Assembly (NCBI GenBank): GCA_032718475.1
Contig: JAUCBJ010008352.1
Span: 1-64,000, forward strand
Length of the DNA stretch: 64,000 bases
Reading direction: 5' to 3'
From: Nemertoderma westbladi
Taxonomy: Eukaryota; Animalia; Xenacoelomorpha
The position numbers were made by a program, and so were the translations under genes. This document shows, in pieces, positions 63,650-64,000 of this stretch (the stretch's first letter is position 1; the number at the start of each line of letters is the position of its first letter). The notes under the pieces are model-generated. The model worked only from the letters and a program-made list of their open reading frames with translations. It made no database searches and was not told the DNA's origin.

Positions 63650-64000
63650 TCTCTCTCTAACTAATGGTACCACGTACCCTCTAACTCTAACTCTTCTCTA
63701 ACTAACGGTACTACGTACCCTCTAACTCTCCTCTAACTAACGGTACTACGTACCCTCTAACTCTTCTCTAACTAACGGTACTATGTACCCTAACTCTAAC
63801 TCTTCTCTAACTAACGGTACTACGTACCCTACTCTCTCTTCTCTAACTAGCGGTACTACGTACCCTCTGACTCTTCTCTAACTAACGGTACTACGTACCC
63901 TACTCTCTCTTCTCTAACTAACTCTAGGTACTACGTACCTACTAACTGACTAACTAACTCTAGGTACTACGTACCTACTAACTCTCTAACTAACTCTAGG
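63650..64000 (+). repeat. ~35-bp tandem repeat (ctcttctctaactaacggtactacgtaccc)
   Basis: Directly visible, about 9 degenerate units. Confidence 0.9.

Overview
Eukaryotic (most likely invertebrate animal) genomic DNA that is almost entirely nested transposable elements lying in the introns of a + strand host gene; only two exons were recognised (CUB-domain half 31847-32000, TSP1 domain 37005-37160). A 30-kb IS3EU-type DNA transposon (915-30995, TACGG...CCGTA ends, ATATAC target duplication) contains an RTEX-like LINE with an unusual SAP / 10-aa repeat / Ulp1-like protease / RRM ORF1. That LINE is in turn interrupted by a 19.8-kb BEL/Pao LTR retrotransposon (element A, 10132-29950, GATGT TSD). 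A second, pol-less BEL-type element (B, 37557-50714, GTTAG TSD), a decayed BEL pol fragment, RTE and RTEX fragments, a tRNA-derived SINE, a CR1-group LINE with an intact ORF2, and the 3' end of a third LTR element (C) fill the rest. Most notable: A and B both carry, in the env position, a divergent but clearly homologous ~1250-1300 aa accessory gene with a Cys/His motif, a DEDDy-like 3'-5' exonuclease and three zinc knuckles. Element C carries the same triple knuckle, and A has eight dispersed copies of a 20-nt hairpin that is conserved across reading frames. All family calls rest on motif recognition by eye; no database search was run.
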